A stretch of 64,000 nucleotides of DNA from the human T2T-CHM13v2.0 reference genome, Homo sapiens: NCBI RefSeq assembly GCF_009914755.1, contig NC_060927.1. One strand, 5' to 3'. Position numbers and translations under genes: made by a program. Shown here in pieces: positions 60,724 to 64,000 of this stretch (its first letter is position 1; each line of letters begins with the position of its first letter). A model generated the notes under the pieces. The model was not told the origin of the DNA. It saw only the letters and a list, made by a program, of their open reading frames with translations, and did not search any database.

Positions 60724-63700
60724 TTTTTATTTTCTTCAACTTCTATTTTAGATTCAGGGGATACATGTGCAGGTTTGTTACCTGTGAATATTGCATGATG
60801 CTGACGTTTAGGGTAGGAAGGATCCTGTCACCCGGGTACTGAGCATAGTACCCAACAGTTAGTTTTTCAGCTCTTTCACCCCTTTCTCCTTCCCACCCCT
60901 AGTAGTTCCCAGTATCTGTTGTTCCCATCTTTATGTCCATGATTAACGAATGTTTAGTTTCCACTTACAATTGAGTACGTGCAGTATTTGATTTTTTGTT
61001 ATTGTGTTAATTCACTTAGGATAATGGCCTCCAGCTGCGTCCATGCTGATTTTTTTTTCTTTTCTGTTTTTTTTTTTTTTTTTTTTTTTTTTTTTCAGAT
61101 GAAGTATCGCTCTGTCGCCCAGGCTGGAGGGCAGTGGTATGATCTCGGCTCACTGCAACCTCTGCCTCCCAGGCTCAAGCAATCCTCTGCCTCAGCCTCC
61201 TGAGTAGCTGGGATTACAGGTGCCTGCCACCATGCCCAGCTAATTTTTTTTTTAGTAGAGACGGGGTTTCAAGATCTTGGCCAGGCTGGTCTTGAACTCC
61301 TGACCTTGTGATCCACCCGCCTCAGCCTCCCAAAGTGCTGAGATTTACAGGCATGAGCCATCACACCAGACCGATTTCATTCTTTTATGGCTGTGTAGTA
61401 CTCCATTCTGTATATGTACCACATTTTCTTTCTGAAATTGTTTACTCTGTATATGTGTGTTTATACACACACATATATAAACACACTCACACATGTATAT
61501 GTACAGAATACACACATATATATTGCTGCACAGAAGCTCTTTAGTTTAATTAGGCCCTACTTGCCAATTTTTGTTTTTGTTGCAATTGCTTTTGAGGACA
61601 TTGTCATAAATTCTTTCCCAAGGTCGATGTACGGAATCTGTTTCCTAGGTTTTCTTTTAGAATTCCTATAGTTTGAGGTTTTACATATCTTTAATCCATC
61701 CTGAGTTAATTTTTTATGTGGTGAAAGGTAGGGGTCCAGTTTCATTCTTTTGCATATGCCTATCCAACTATCCCAGCACCATTTATTGAATAGGGAGTCC
61801 TTTCCCCATTGCTTGTTTTTGTCAAAGATTAGATGGGATGGCTGTAGGTGTGTGGCTTTATTTCTGGGTTCTCTCTTCTGTTTTATCGCTCTGTCTGTTT
61901 TTGGACAAGTACTATGCTGTTTTGGTTACAGTAGCTTTATAGTATAGTTTTTACTTGAGTAATGTGATGTCTCCAATATTGTTCTTTTTGCTTAGGATTG
62001 CTTTGGCTATTCAGGCTCCTTTTTGGTTCCACATGAATTTTAGTGTAGGGTTTTTTTCCCAATTCTGTGAAAAATGATGTTGGTGGTTTGATAGAAATAG
62101 CATTGAATCTGTAGATTGCTTTGGTCAGTTTGGCCATTTTAATGATATTGATTCTTCTTGTCCATGAGCATGGAATGTTTTTCCATTTGTTTGTGTCATC
62201 TGTGATTTCTTTTTTTGCAGTGTTTTGCAGTTCTCATTGTAGAGATCTTTCACTTCCTCAGTTAGATGTATTCTTAGATATTTTGTGTGTGTGTGTAACT
62301 ATTTTAAGTGGCATTGCATTCTTGATTTGACTCTCAGCTTGGACATTATTAGTGTGTAGAAATGCTACTGACTTTTGTACATTGATTTTGTATCCTGAAA
62401 CCTTGCTAAAATCGTTTATCAGTTATAATAGCCTTTTGGCAGAGCCCCTAGAGTTTTCTAAGTTTAGAATCATATCATCAGTGAAGAGAGAGGGTTTGAC
62501 TTCCCCTTTTCCTACTTGGATGCCTTTTGTATCTCTTGTTCAATTTCTCTGGCTAGGATTTCCAGTATTATGTTCAATAGGAGGAATGAGAATGGGCATC
62601 CTTATCTTGTTTTGGTTCTCAAGGGGAATACCTCCAGCTTTTGCCCATTCAGTATGATGTTGGCTGTGGGTCTGTGATAGATGGCTTTTATTATTCTAAG
62701 GTACGTTCATTCAGTGCTGAGTTTTTAACATGAAGGCATGCTGAATTTTATTAAAAGCCTTTTCTGCACCTATTTAGATATTCATGTGGTTTTTTAGTTC
62801 TATTTATGTGGTGAATAACATTTATTGCTTTGCCTATGTTGAATCAACCTTGAATCCCAGGAATGAATTCACTTGATCATAGTGAATTAACTCTTTGGTG
62901 TGCTGCTGAATTCAATTTGCTAGTATTTTCCTGAGGATTTTTGTGTCTATATTCATCAGGGATATTGGCCTGTAGTTTTCTTTTTTCACTGTGTCTTTTC
63001 CAGGTTTTGGTTTCAGGGTAATGCTGGCTTCATAGAATGAGCTAGGGAAGAGTCCCTCCTCCTCAATGTTTTGGAATAGTTTTCGTAGAATTAGTATCAG
63101 ATTTTCTTTGTATGTCTGGTAGAATTCCACTGTGACTCCATCTGGTCTAGGGATTTTTGTTGGTGGTTGTGGTGGTAGGTTTTTATTTTTTTAATTACTG
63201 TCAATTTTGGAACTTGATATTGCTCTGTTCAGTGTTCCAATTTCTTCCTGATTTAATCTTGGGAGATTGTGTGTTTCCAAGAGTTTATCCATTTCCTCTA
63301 GATTTTCTAGTTTGTGTGCATAGAGGTGTTCATAATAGTCTATCAGGATCTCTTTTCTTCTTCCTAATCCTCTCACACTGATCTGAGGATCTTTTGTATT
63401 TCTGTGGGGTCAGTTGTAATGTCACTTTTGCCATTTTTGATTGTGCCTATTTGGATATGCTCTCTTTTTTGCTTTGTTAACCTAGCTCTATTGATCTTGT
63501 TTATCCTTCCAAAGAACCAACTTTTAGTTTCCTTGATTCTTTGTATTTGATTCTTTGTATTTGTATTATTTGATTTTGGGGTCTCAATTTCATCAGTTCC
63601 ACTCTGATTTTAGTTATTTCTTTTTTTCTGCTAGCTTTGGGGTTAGTTTGTTCTTGTTTTTCTGATTCCTCTAGGTATGATGTTAGATCATTAATTTGAG

Positions 63701-64000
63701 ATCTTTCTAACTTTTTGAGGTAGGCATCTAGAGCTATAAACTTTTAACACTGCTTTTGCTACATCCCAAATATTTTGGTATGTTGTGTCTCTATTTTTAT
63801 TTATTCCAATTTTTTTTTAAATTTCTGCCTTGATTTTATTGTTTACCCAAAAGTCATTCAGGAGCAAGTTGATTAATTTCCATGTAAATGTGTGGTTTTG
63901 AGAGATCTTCTTAGTATTGATTTCTATTTTTATTCCACTGCAGTCTGAGAGAATGGTTGGCATGATTTCAATTTTTTAAATTTATTGAGGCTTGGTTTAT
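60724..64000 (-). mobile_element. L1 (old L1PA/L1PB), 3' end at ~60724, continues past the window
   Basis: - strand ORF2 fragments ([59 protein letters not shown]). Confidence 0.92.
61051..61372 (-). mobile_element. AluS nested in L1
   Basis: polyT plus full dimer interrupting the L1 3' region. Confidence 0.9.

Overview
Human-type (primate, Alu/L1-rich) genomic DNA carrying the 3' half of MBNL1 (muscleblind-like splicing regulator 1) on the + strand, followed by ~16 kb of repeat-rich downstream sequence. I recognised the gene from the spliced translation. Exons use the common Pascual-style numbering: exon 3 (204 nt linker), exon 4 (258 nt, ZnF3/4), exon 5 (54 nt), 6 (154), 7 (36), 8 (95), 9 (64), 10 (75, stop) and a ~3.4 kb terminal 3'UTR exon with tandem AATAAA near 47.65 kb. 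Introns and flanks hold a full-length decayed L1PA, other L1s, many Alus, MIR/L2, MER5/MER20/MER58A, a THE1 solo LTR and a Y1 RNA pseudogene. Almost all ORFs in the track are repeat-derived or spurious. I found no evidence of a new multi-gene system. The most interesting signals are: (i) a frame/NMD logic coupling exons 6, 8 and 9 through the 3'UTR intron; (ii) long AG-exclusion zones before exons 5, 7 and 8; (iii) a recursive-splice-type AG|GTATGT at exon 4; (iv) a very young ACG/A-type L1 3' fragment; (v) an L1 with a 5'UTR segment copied into ORF1; (vi) a templated palindromic Alu junction. Repeat subfamily calls are by eye and were not checked against a database.
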